Positions 54,292-64,000 of a DNA stretch of 64,000 nucleotides are shown here, piece by piece. Source of the stretch: Nitrospinales bacterium (GTDB lineage: Bacteria; Nitrospinota; Nitrospinia; Nitrospinales; VA-1). A program made the translations under genes and the position numbers. Each line of letters begins with the position of its first letter. Positions within the stretch are counted from its first letter, which is position 1. The stretch covers positions 2,272,001 through 2,336,000 of the forward strand of contig OZ253496.1 of the NCBI GenBank assembly GCA_965262115.1. Reading direction: 5' to 3'. Under the pieces are notes generated by a model. It was not told the origin of the DNA. It ran no database searches and was given only the letters and a program-made list of their open reading frames with translations.

Positions 54292-55242
54292 ATGAATCAG
54301 AAACCCCATTTTATTGGCATCGATATTTCTAAACTCCATCTGGATGTTGCTGACAGCATGACTCAAGAAACCTGGCAAACCGCTAACAATGAGGAAGGGA
54401 TTGCTGGTTTGGTCGAGAGTTTATCCGCCTTAAATCCTCCATTGATCGTTTTGGAAGCCACAGGCGGCTTAGAGATCCCGTTGGCTTCGGCCCTGGTTGC
54501 GGGTCGACTGCCAGTAGCCGTGGTCAACCCACGGCAAGTTCGTGATTTTGCCAAAGCCACCGGGAAACTGGCAAAAACCGATGTCATTGATTCTCTTGTG
54601 CTGGCCCATTTTGCCAAGGCCATACGTCCTGAGGTCAGGAAAATCAAAGACGAAGAATCTCTGGAACTCTCAGCTCTAGTGACACGCCGTCGCCAGTTGA
54701 TCGAGATGCTGACCAAAGAAAAAACCCGTCTAAAACAAGCTCCAAAATGGATATGTAAAGACATTAAGGAGCATATCGAATCTCTTAAAAAACGCTTGCG
54801 AAAAATCGATGGCGACCTTTCCAGAACCATCAAAAACAGTTCTGCCTGGCGTGAGCACGACCAGATCATACAAAGTGTTCCCGGTGCCGGTCCCGTTCTG
54901 GCTGTCAACCTCTTGGCCGGGGTTCCGGAACTTGGAGTTCTTAATCAGAAGCAAATCGCCGCCCTCATCGGTCTCGCTCCCCTCAATCGGGACAGCGGAA
55001 AGTTCCGGGGCCGCCGGTGTATCTGGGGCGGCCGCGCCAATGTGCGTGCCGCTTTATACATGGCCGCCGTCACTGCCATGCAGCATAATCCCGTGATTCG
55101 TACCTTTTACACACGCCTCATCGAAAAGGGCAAACCCTTTAAAGTTGCCATTACCGCATGCATGAGAAAGTTATTAACGATCATCAATACCATGATCAAA
55201 ACAAAAACACTCTGGAATGAAAATCTCATTGCCAGCACTTGA
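54292..55242 (+). CDS. IS110-family DEDD recombinase/transposase
   Basis: GIDISK, LEATG, KTDVIDS (RuvC-like DEDD); RDSG serine; GGRANVRAALYMAA. Confidence 0.96.
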   Translation: MNQKPHFIGIDISKLHLDVADSMTQETWQTANNEEGIAGLVESLSALNPPLIVLEATGGLEIPLASALVAGRLPVAVVNPRQVRDFAKATGKLAKTDVIDSLVLAHFAKAIRPEVRKIKDEESLELSALVTRRRQLIEMLTKEKTRLKQAPKWICKDIKEHIESLKKRLRKIDGDLSRTIKNSSAWREHDQIIQSVPGAGPVLAVNLLAGVPELGVLNQKQIAALIGLAPLNRDSGKFRGRRCIWGGRANVRAALYMAAVTAMQHNPVIRTFYTRLIEKGKPFKVAITACMRKLLTIINTMIKTKTLWNENLIAST

Positions 55243-55259
55243 CATTTAACACAGTTGCT

Positions 55260-55325
55260 TCGGGGCATGAAGCCAATGAAGAGGGCATAACAGGGGCATG
55301 AAATTTACTGAGTAGATAAGCTCCA
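55260..55325 (-). repeat. nested pair of ~40-bp units interrupted by IS110 (remainder at 54040-54059)
   Basis: near-identical inverted copy of 56596-56687. Confidence 0.9.
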
Positions 55326-55328
55326 CGC

Positions 55329-56573
55329 CTAGTGGGGAAATTTAAAACCTTTGGGAAGAACAATGATGTTGGATTCCTCATCGACGAAGAAACGGCCTTT
55401 ATCCTGCTCCAGATCATACCCCATAGTGGTGTTGGGGGGAACCTCAACATCCTTGTCGATGATCGCCATATTAATTTTGCAGTTTTTGCCGATTTTTACC
55501 CGGTCCATCAACAAAGAGTTGATGACCGCCGCGCCACTGTCGATGCTGACCTCACGACCGATCACCGAGTCCTGCACAATTCCTCCGCTGATAATGCTTC
55601 CTTCGGCAACGATGCTGTTGACGGCCTGGCCCCGGCGCCCGTCCTCATTAAAGACGAACTTGGCCGGTGGCGTTCCGTAGCTTGCAGTTTTGATGGGCCA
55701 GTTTTTATTATAAAGGTTGAACTCGGGTTTGATATTTCTCAAATCCATATTGGCTTCCCAGAATGCTTTGATAGTGCCGACATCCCGCCAATAGCCGATT
55801 TCTTTTCGGGTGATACCAGGAATCCGGTTTCTGCGAAAATCGTAAGCGAATACTCTGGATTTTTTGAAAACCCGGGGCAGGATGTCTTTGCCGAAATCGT
55901 GCGAGGACTCCACATCCGCCGCGTCGTCATGGAGCATTTCAATTAAAGCATCTTTGTTGAACAGATAGTTACCCATGGACGCGAAGGCTTCATGAGGTCT
56001 TCCAGGGATGGGTTTCGCGCGTTTGGGTTTTTCTTTGAACCCTGTGACTCTTTGCTTTTCCTGCACCTGAATCACTCCAAACGAAGATGCGTCTTTAAGA
56101 GGTACGGGCAGGGCGGAGATGGTGACCTCGGCCCGCTTTCGCACATGAAAGTCGATCATTTGTTGCAAGTCCATACGGTAGATATGGTCAGCGCCGAAGA
56201 CGGCGATGAGGTCGAAGTCTCCATCCTCAATCAAATTGATGTTCTGATAAATGGCGTCTGCTGTGCCGCGGTACCAACTGTCTCCCGTGCGTTTTTGTGC
56301 CGGGACAGGGAGAATGAAGTGGTCACGCAAAATGGAACTGAAGCGCCAGCTTTCCTGTAAATGTTCGGCTAGTGACTGGGACTTGAACTGGGTCAGAACG
56401 TAAATAGAATAGATTCTGGAATTGATGAAATTGCTCAAGGGGAAATCAACCAGCCGATACTTTCCACCAAAGGGGACAGCGGGTTTAGCCCGTTGTTGGG
56501 TGAGAGGATAGAGTCGGCTGCCCTCGCCGCCGGCAAGAATCATTCCGAGGACTTTTTTTATCGAACCGGCCAT
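55329..56573 (-). CDS. glgC: glucose-1-phosphate adenylyltransferase
   Basis: LAGGEGSRLYPLT..RAKPAVPFGG, WYRGTADA, ASMGNY, DFGKDI, YWRDVGT. Confidence 0.97.
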   Translation of the reverse strand: MAGSIKKVLGMILAGGEGSRLYPLTQQRAKPAVPFGGKYRLVDFPLSNFINSRIYSIYVLTQFKSQSLAEHLQESWRFSSILRDHFILPVPAQKRTGDSWYRGTADAIYQNINLIEDGDFDLIAVFGADHIYRMDLQQMIDFHVRKRAEVTISALPVPLKDASSFGVIQVQEKQRVTGFKEKPKRAKPIPGRPHEAFASMGNYLFNKDALIEMLHDDAADVESSHDFGKDILPRVFKKSRVFAYDFRRNRIPGITRKEIGYWRDVGTIKAFWEANMDLRNIKPEFNLYNKNWPIKTASYGTPPAKFVFNEDGRRGQAVNSIVAEGSIISGGIVQDSVIGREVSIDSGAAVINSLLMDRVKIGKNCKINMAIIDKDVEVPPNTTMGYDLEQDKGRFFVDEESNIIVLPKGFKFPH

Positions 56574-56600
56574 AAGGGTCTCTTCCACTCGGTGTGGAGC

Positions 56601-56681
56601 TGTGATATCTACTCAGTAAATTTCATGCCCCTGTTATGCCCTCTTCATTGGCTTTCATGCCCCGAAGGGGTAGAAGGGGTA
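56601..56681 (+). repeat. ~40-bp unit (56601-56631 + 56673-56681) containing a second 41-bp unit (56632-56672)
   Basis: TGTGATAT...CATGCCCC[TGTTATG...CATGCCCCGAAGGGGTA]GAAGGGGTA. Confidence 0.9.
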
Positions 56682-56810
56682 CAATGAACAATCACTCTTG
56701 CTGGTGGGCAACGATGCTCTTGGTCCAACAAGCCATTGCCCCATTTTCCCGGGCGTGGCCTGGGCTGGTTTCGATGATATTGCTAAAATTCTGGACTGTC
56801 AACCGGGCAC

Positions 56811-56846
56811 AAAAAAACCGGCCCCCCTGTAAAAAGGAGCCGGTTT
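56811..56846 (-). terminator. intrinsic terminator after groEL
   Basis: AAACCGGC...GCCGGTTT with an A7 run (T-run on the minus strand). Confidence 0.7.
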
Positions 56847-56874
56847 AATTTTTGCGTACAATCGAAAGGGGGAA

Positions 56875-58548
<1,674 letters not shown>

Positions 58549-58604
58549 TTAAGAGATGTGAATAATTTTGTCGTTATTTGTCGATAAATGATTGAGATGG
58601 AAAC

Positions 58605-58892
58605 TTAACCTACGATCGCAAGAACATCGTCCTCACGCATCAACAGGAAATCTTCTCCGTCAAATTTTATTTCTGTGCCGCCGTATTTGCTGTAAAGGAC
58701 TTTGTCCCCGACTTTCACCTGCAATTTGACTGGCTTGCCATCATCACCTACTTTACCTTTACCTACAGCTTTGACGCGGCCTTCGATTGGCTTCTCCTTG
58801 GCCGAATCGGGAATGATGATCCCGCTTTTTCGGACTTCTTTTTCCAGAATAGGTTGAACCAGAATACGGTCGTGCAATGGTTGGATTTTCAT
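58605..58892 (-). CDS. groS: co-chaperonin GroES
   Basis: PLHDRILV, GIIIPDSAKEKP, YGGTE. Confidence 0.98.
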   Translation of the reverse strand: MKIQPLHDRILVQPILEKEVRKSGIIIPDSAKEKPIEGRVKAVGKGKVGDDGKPVKLQVKVGDKVLYSKYGGTEIKFDGEDFLLMREDDVLAIVG

Positions 58893-59039
58893 ATAGACTC
58901 CTTGAAAAAATGTTAAACTCTGATTAAATGTTGAAAAAAAGCCAGTGTTTCCTGAATCTGCCCGAAAAAATTATTAACATATTGAAATTAAGTGCCTTAT
59001 GCCCCAGAGCGGGAGAAGTTCGGCTCGGAATTTGAATTG

Positions 59040-59066
59040 TCAGCACTCTCTAGGTATTAGTGCTGA
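59040..59066. promoter_or_regulatory. CIRCE-like HrcA operator
   Basis: TCAGCACTC-N9-TAGTGCTGA versus consensus TTAGCACTC-N9-GAGTGCTAA, upstream of groES. Confidence 0.85.
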
Positions 59067-59135
59067 CACTATATAAAATCCTTATATTAAAAAGCAAGGT
59101 ATTCCCTAAGAAAAAGTGAAAAAACTGCCAATATT

Positions 59136-59540
59136 ATGAAAAATACCAATAAAAAAGAGGTTTTACAGATTGAAACGTTCCCGAATCCGTTTCCGGGAAG
59201 GGATTATGTCATTGAAATGGAATGTCCGGAGTTCACCTGTTTGTGTCCCAAAACCGGGCAGCCGGACTTTGCCACCCTGCATATCAGTTATGTTGCGGAT
59301 AAATTGTGTCTGGAGTTAAAATCGTTGAAGATCTATCTGGTGTCGTATCGCAATGAAGGCGGGTTTCACGAAAAGGTGACCAATATCATTTTGGATGATC
59401 TGGTGTCGGCGTGTCGGCCGCGAAAAATGAAAATTATCGCCGATTTTAATGTGCGCGGGGGAATCCACACCAGCGTTACGGTGGAACACCTGGCTAAAAA
59501 ATCAGCTGCTCGCCGTAGGGGCAGTGGTATTCTTCCTTAA
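59136..59540 (+). CDS. queF: preQ0 reductase (type I)
   Basis: [31 protein letters not shown]. Confidence 0.95.
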   Translation: MKNTNKKEVLQIETFPNPFPGRDYVIEMECPEFTCLCPKTGQPDFATLHISYVADKLCLELKSLKIYLVSYRNEGGFHEKVTNIILDDLVSACRPRKMKIIADFNVRGGIHTSVTVEHLAKKSAARRRGSGILP

Positions 59541-59806
59541 AGATCGTGCCCCGAATGAGGAGTCATAACATGTTGCCGACTGGCAATAGCCCGTTAAGTG
59601 ACCTAACATTCTTGCGCGCAAGTCCTCATCGTTCCTCGATTACTGAATAGCAACTATTTATATTTTCAGAGAGGGATAACACCCTGTGTAGTAAAATACC
59701 CTAAAATGGACCCAGAATCTGATTTTCAGGAAAGCAATTGTAAAATGGTGTTTTATTTTTTGTTCTAGAGAGGCTGTTTTAAGGAGCTCGAACAATCTCT
59801 GCTATA

Positions 59807-60286
59807 ATGTCGCATTTGGATGGAATTATGGGACAACGATTTGTTGAAAATGGCAACAGGACGATAAAAGACGTTCGCACGGGCCTGGTTTGGCAGGAGG
59901 GCTATGCTTATATTGAAACGGGAAATAATATTAGCTGGTATGATGCCCAGGACTATATCAGTAAGCTAAATCGGGAAAAACTGGGGGGCTATGAAGATTG
60001 GCGCCTGCCGGATCGGCTTGAAATTCAAAGCCTTTATGAAATCGCCAAACCCTTCCAGTCACGTGGAAAAACATTCATTCTTCATATTGATCCGATTTTT
60101 GAATTCAGTTACGGCAGTTGTTTTTGGACCAGCAAGACCCGGCTTTCTGCGGCGCTTGGCTTCGAATTTGATATGGGAGACATTCACTGGTATCCCAAAG
60201 GGAGCCATAAGGGAACTGTTCGGGCTGTACGAAATGATTGGCAACCCCGATTAATGATTGACCCGGGCTGGGCTGAAAAATTCTAA
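59807..60286 (+). CDS. DUF1566 (Lcl C-terminal) domain protein
   Basis: D.RTGLVW, W..A..Y...LN, GGYEDWRLP...E, VRAVR. Confidence 0.85.
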   Translation: MSHLDGIMGQRFVENGNRTIKDVRTGLVWQEGYAYIETGNNISWYDAQDYISKLNREKLGGYEDWRLPDRLEIQSLYEIAKPFQSRGKTFILHIDPIFEFSYGSCFWTSKTRLSAALGFEFDMGDIHWYPKGSHKGTVRAVRNDWQPRLMIDPGWAEKF

Positions 60287-60303
60287 GGCTGTTAATAAAG
60301 CAT

Positions 60304-60585
60304 ATGGACGAGCAACAATTCAAAGTCGAAAAATCCAAGGCGCGAAAACTCCGCCAGTCACAGTGGTGGAAAGAAAAAATCCAGGCTGGCGTTTGCCATT
60401 ATTGCGGAGGCCGGTTCACGGCGGAAGAGTTAACGATGGATCATATTGTCCCCATTTCGCGCGGTGGAAAAAGTAAGCGTGGGAATCTGGTGCCCTCATG
60501 TAAAAAATGCAATGGGAATAAAAAGTACTACACCCCGGCAGAGATCATCCTTCGTGAAAAGCTAGGTCAGGACATTCAATTTTAA
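60304..60585 (+). CDS. small HNH endonuclease
   Basis: CHYC...TMDHIVPISRGG...NLVPSCKKCN..K. Confidence 0.9.
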   Translation: MDEQQFKVEKSKARKLRQSQWWKEKIQAGVCHYCGGRFTAEELTMDHIVPISRGGKSKRGNLVPSCKKCNGNKKYYTPAEIILREKLGQDIQF

Positions 60586-60658
60586 AGAATGGGTGGTGGA
60601 TACCTGAAACACCGCCTCAAAAACTTCTTCCCATAAATTTCAAGGTTTAAATTAATTC

Positions 60659-62161
60659 ATGCAGATTCTTTTGGATGTGGATTGCCTGATTCAGGCATCG
60701 AAAAATATTGCGAATTCGGCGGTGTTAAGCCTGTGCCGTCAGAAGCATTGCCAGGGCTGGGTAGCGTCCACTTCCATTCCTGCCATTTGGCAGGAGGCGG
60801 GAGCACGAAATGTTCAATCAATTTTGCGGGACTTGGCTGTTTTGACTCCCACGGCTCATGATATTGACCTGGCCCTCGGTTCTAAAAAACCCTTTATGCA
60901 AGCCTTGCTGACACGTCTGGTAGAGGCCAGCGGGTTGGACGCGGTGGTCACGCTTGCCCCTGAAAAATTTTCCGGCTTGACAGTAGAAGCCCTGACTCCC
61001 GGACAGTTGCAGGAAAAATTGGATGCTCCGCCAGAGCCGGTTGAGGAAGTTCGTTTACTGGATATCACCGCCTCGTATCACCAGATATTAAATGAAGTGG
61101 AAAAGGAGATGGCGGAAACGATTCGATCGGGACATTTCATCCTTGGCCCTAAAGTATCCCGGCTGGAAGAGAGGATGGCAGATTATTGCCAGACCAGATA
61201 TGCCGTTGGAGTTTCATCCGGGACCGATGCATTACTGATTGCGCTGATGGCTTTGGGGGTTGGCCCGGGTGATGAAGTGATCACCTCCCCCTACACATTT
61301 TTTGCAACGGCGGGTTCTATCATTCGCGCCGGGGCTAAACCAGTTTTTGTGGACATCAATGACATTACTTTCAATATCAAACCGGAACACATTGAGCGAT
61401 GCATCACCCCGAAAACTAAAGCCATTATCCCGGTGCACCTTTATGGGCAATGTACGGATATGGACCCTGTTCTTCAGCTGGCCGGGAAAAGGGGTCTAGC
61501 GGTGATTGAAGATGCTGCGCAGGCGATTGGTTCTGAGTACAAGGGCAGACCGGCCGGTTCGATAGGGGACATGGGGTGCTTCTCGTTTTTCCCCGCAAAA
61601 AATCTTGGGGGTTTTGGCGATGGTGGGCTGGTGACCACTAACTCGAAAGAACTTTACAAACAGTTAAAGATTATCAGAGTGCATGGTTCGGACCCGAAAT
61701 ATTATCATAAAGTGATGGGGGGAAACTTTCGTCTCGATGCTCTGCAGGCTGATGTTGTGAGTGCCAAGCTGAACTTCCTGCAGGACTGGACCGAGAAAAG
61801 GAGGGAAAACGCGCAAACTTATAATCAGCTATTTAAAGATTCTGCATTGACCCCGTTTGTCCAACTGCCTCCTGAAGTGTTTTCCCGTCATGTTTACAAC
61901 CAGTATGTCATTCGCGCGGGAAGCCGCAGGGATGAACTCAGAACTTTTTTGAATGAAAAGCGGATCGGGTGTGAAATTTATTACCCCATCCCGCTTCATC
62001 TTCAAGACTGTTTCAAATCTTTAGGCTATAAAAGTGGTGATTTCCCGGAATCCGAAAAAGCCGCAAGGGAGACCTTGGCGCTTCCCATATCTCATGAAGT
62101 CGATCGAGCTCAGCAGGAATATGTTGTTCAAATGATCCGCCGGTTTTTTCTGGGGGAGTGA
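60659..62161 (+). CDS. DegT/DnrJ/EryC1/StrS aminotransferase with a ~125-aa N-terminal extension
   Basis: SSGTDAL, PVHLYGQ, IEDAAQA, SFFPAKNLG. Confidence 0.92.
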   Translation: MQILLDVDCLIQASKNIANSAVLSLCRQKHCQGWVASTSIPAIWQEAGARNVQSILRDLAVLTPTAHDIDLALGSKKPFMQALLTRLVEASGLDAVVTLAPEKFSGLTVEALTPGQLQEKLDAPPEPVEEVRLLDITASYHQILNEVEKEMAETIRSGHFILGPKVSRLEERMADYCQTRYAVGVSSGTDALLIALMALGVGPGDEVITSPYTFFATAGSIIRAGAKPVFVDINDITFNIKPEHIERCITPKTKAIIPVHLYGQCTDMDPVLQLAGKRGLAVIEDAAQAIGSEYKGRPAGSIGDMGCFSFFPAKNLGGFGDGGLVTTNSKELYKQLKIIRVHGSDPKYYHKVMGGNFRLDALQADVVSAKLNFLQDWTEKRRENAQTYNQLFKDSALTPFVQLPPEVFSRHVYNQYVIRAGSRRDELRTFLNEKRIGCEIYYPIPLHLQDCFKSLGYKSGDFPESEKAARETLALPISHEVDRAQQEYVVQMIRRFFLGE

Positions 62162-62174
62162 GTCCGAACCTGGG

Positions 62175-62753
62175 TCAAAACAGGGGTGGTTTTTCTTCCA
62201 CAATAATTTTTTCGCGGGGTGTGTGAACCTGAATTTCGCAAACCATAGTGATATGAAAGCCTAATTTTGTTTTGAGGGGTTCTTCAAGCTTGAATTTCTC
62301 CGATTTCATGATGCAATCGATCAATTCCTGATTCATGGTATGTGGGGCTATTTCCATTCCCTGGTAAATCCAGCCTAACGACCCTCCCAACTTTTTACTC
62401 ATGCAAGCGCTGTATTTTTTGGCGAGACGGGTGAAAAATTTCTCCATTTTTTCCCAGTCATGAAAAGGCTTGTCGGGATCGTCCATTTCCTGTTGCGCCA
62501 GTTCATTCTGATAATCTACAAGTGTTTCCCAGATCATTTTTGCAGACTCGATGGAGGTCATGCGGATGGTTCTCACCCGGTGTTCCATGGGCTTGTCAGT
62601 GGTGAAAGTTTTCTTAGTCGGGACAAAAGTTTTTTTAATTTTTGGTTTGGGCTTGATAGGGGCTTTAGGGGTATCCGCGACAGGCTGGGGTTCCTTGGCG
62701 GTTTTATCCCGTTCGAATATGGTCTTTTCAGGTTCTTGGGGTTGCTCAGCCAT
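62175..62753 (-). CDS. parvulin/PpiC-like peptidyl-prolyl isomerase
   Basis: F..LAKKYSAC.S...GGSLGW, KTKLGFHI. Confidence 0.75.
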   Translation of the reverse strand: MAEQPQEPEKTIFERDKTAKEPQPVADTPKAPIKPKPKIKKTFVPTKKTFTTDKPMEHRVRTIRMTSIESAKMIWETLVDYQNELAQQEMDDPDKPFHDWEKMEKFFTRLAKKYSACMSKKLGGSLGWIYQGMEIAPHTMNQELIDCIMKSEKFKLEEPLKTKLGFHITMVCEIQVHTPREKIIVEEKPPLF

Positions 62754-62822
62754 AATAATTCTTTTGAAAGGTTATTTAATAGGGTGATGGTTATTTTTAA
62801 TAGCAGTGTAATTTGAATGGGC

Positions 62823-63665
62823 TCATTTTTCAAGCCATATAGACTCCAGATATTGCAGGACAGCTCCTTGGGCATTGCTTCCGATGATCTCGTTAGCGGA
62901 TTCCTTGACTTCCGGCAGGGCATTTTCCATAGCAATGGCCCGGCCGACGATGCGAAACATGTCAAGATCGTTCAAATAATCTCCGAATACAACGAGGCGT
63001 TCCAGCGGAACCCCCAGTTTTTGAGCAAGAACCTCTACCATATTTCCTTTACTGGCCTCCTGGTGAAAGGACTGCAGCCAGTAATAGCCTTTCATGGATA
63101 CGTCTTCGGCAAAATATAAATTGAGGAGGTCAAAATGTTTTTCTTTAAGTGATTGGTAAACGTGTTCGAGCCGATCATGCGTGTCGATCAACAAAAACCC
63201 GGAAACTTTTTCCTCCTCTTGAAAATCAAAACAGTTAACTCGGCAAAGTCTTGCGTCACTTTCAAGGCTTTTTACATAGGCTTGGGAGCCGGTATTGGTG
63301 GCATTCAGATAATAAAGTTGGTGTTTTTCTCCAAGTGTATAGATGAAGGGATCAATGCCCAGAGGCAAGGCCAGCTCAAGCATGCTTTGAACGACTTTTT
63401 TTTCAATGGAGCTGGAATGTTCCAAAATGCGGCCGGTATTGAAATCGGCCATGTAAACGCCATTGAATAAAATGACCGGCAGGATCAGGTTCAATCCCTT
63501 CAAAATCGGATGCACGGAATCGTAGTTTCGAGCGGTGGCGATGGTGAAACGCATTCCCATGTCGATCAGACGGTTGAGGCGCTTCTTGTAATCATCGGGG
63601 AATGAACTATCGGGCCGTAACAGGGTGCCGTCCAGATCGGAAATATATAAAAGCTCTTTATCCAT
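62823..63665 (-). CDS. Cof-type HAD-IIB hydrolase
   Basis: SDLDGTLL, ATAR, SKG, FGDYLNDLDM, AMENA. Confidence 0.92.
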   Translation of the reverse strand: MDKELLYISDLDGTLLRPDSSFPDDYKKRLNRLIDMGMRFTIATARNYDSVHPILKGLNLILPVILFNGVYMADFNTGRILEHSSSIEKKVVQSMLELALPLGIDPFIYTLGEKHQLYYLNATNTGSQAYVKSLESDARLCRVNCFDFQEEEKVSGFLLIDTHDRLEHVYQSLKEKHFDLLNLYFAEDVSMKGYYWLQSFHQEASKGNMVEVLAQKLGVPLERLVVFGDYLNDLDMFRIVGRAIAMENALPEVKESANEIIGSNAQGAVLQYLESIWLEK

Positions 63666-63873
63666 AATGGGGTTTGAATGAATGGAATTCTCGCAGGCCT
63701 GTTTGTAAGGAATCGCTTCAGGAGTATACTAAAATAAAATTATTAAATGAACAATCCTGCTGCCAACGGACAGGATATCCTGAATAAAGTGTTATTTTAA
63801 AAAATGTGGCAAGCCAAGGAGAATAAAACCCACTTGTGGGATTTAATTATTTTGCGAAAAAGGATTGGGGTTC

Positions 63874-64000
63874 ATGAGAGATAAAAATTTTGCCCGGCAC
63901 TTGCGGTCTTCAGTTTTGGGAATATTTCTTGTTTTTGGTTTTTGTTCCAATAGTGAAGCTTTTGATTTTTCTGACTGGGATGTGCTGATCAAAAAACATG
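63874..64000 (+). CDS. secreted protein, 3'-partial (possibly DUF547)
   Basis: signal peptide followed by FDFSDWDVLIKKH. Confidence 0.5.
   Translation, partial: MRDKNFARHLRSSVLGIFLVFGFCSNSEAFDFSDWDVLIKKH

Larger units (their letters stand above)
54060..55259 (+). mobile_element. IS110-family insertion sequence (IS621-like), complete, CT core at both junctions
   Basis: left junction TCTACCC-CT-TGTAT, right junction ACAGTTG-CT-TCGGGG; an empty-site paralogue is present at 56596-56687. Confidence 0.95.

Noticed and set aside
59067..59135. preQ1 riboswitch upstream of queF
   Set aside because: Could not identify the characteristic stem-loop with CCC/A-rich tail pseudoknot.
60304..60585. HNH as a mobile or defence nuclease
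   Set aside because: Small stand-alone HNH in operon context with no intron, repeat or guide features nearby.

Overview
Bacterial chromosomal window. The gene content (CcpA/MauG-type peroxidase, several RI-like LRR and Sel1 proteins, glgC, MMPL transporter) suggests a Nitrospinota-like organism; this is inference, not a search result. Housekeeping loci: tRNA-Ala(GGC), rpsU, rplU-rpmA-obgE, hup, def, yqeY-dnaG-rpoD-tRNA(CAT), groES-groEL with CIRCE, queF, coaX, aroK. The most striking content is non-coding: a nested set of small mobile/palindromic elements. (1) An intact IS110-family element (54060-55259). Its left end carries a readable bridge-RNA-like ncRNA with guides matching its own donor junction (ACAGTTG-CT-TGTAT) and its target (TCTACCC-CT-TCGGG). 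(2) That target lies in a ~39-41 bp unit (NGTGATAT-N12-14-TTCATGCCCCGNAGGGGTA, about 10 copies). The unit itself appears to insert without duplication into other palindromes and into itself. (3) Four MITEs with GAGA(G/C)CTTTGCATAA ends and 9-bp target duplications carry REP-like cargo and host these units. The window also has many gene lesions: an in-frame internal deletion of pyruvate kinase, a deleted oxyR divergent from the peroxidase, a nonsense-split Type IIG/IIL R-M gene, and frameshifted RND, DUF3095, CheY-like and YqhA genes. Two genes appear to need ATT starts.
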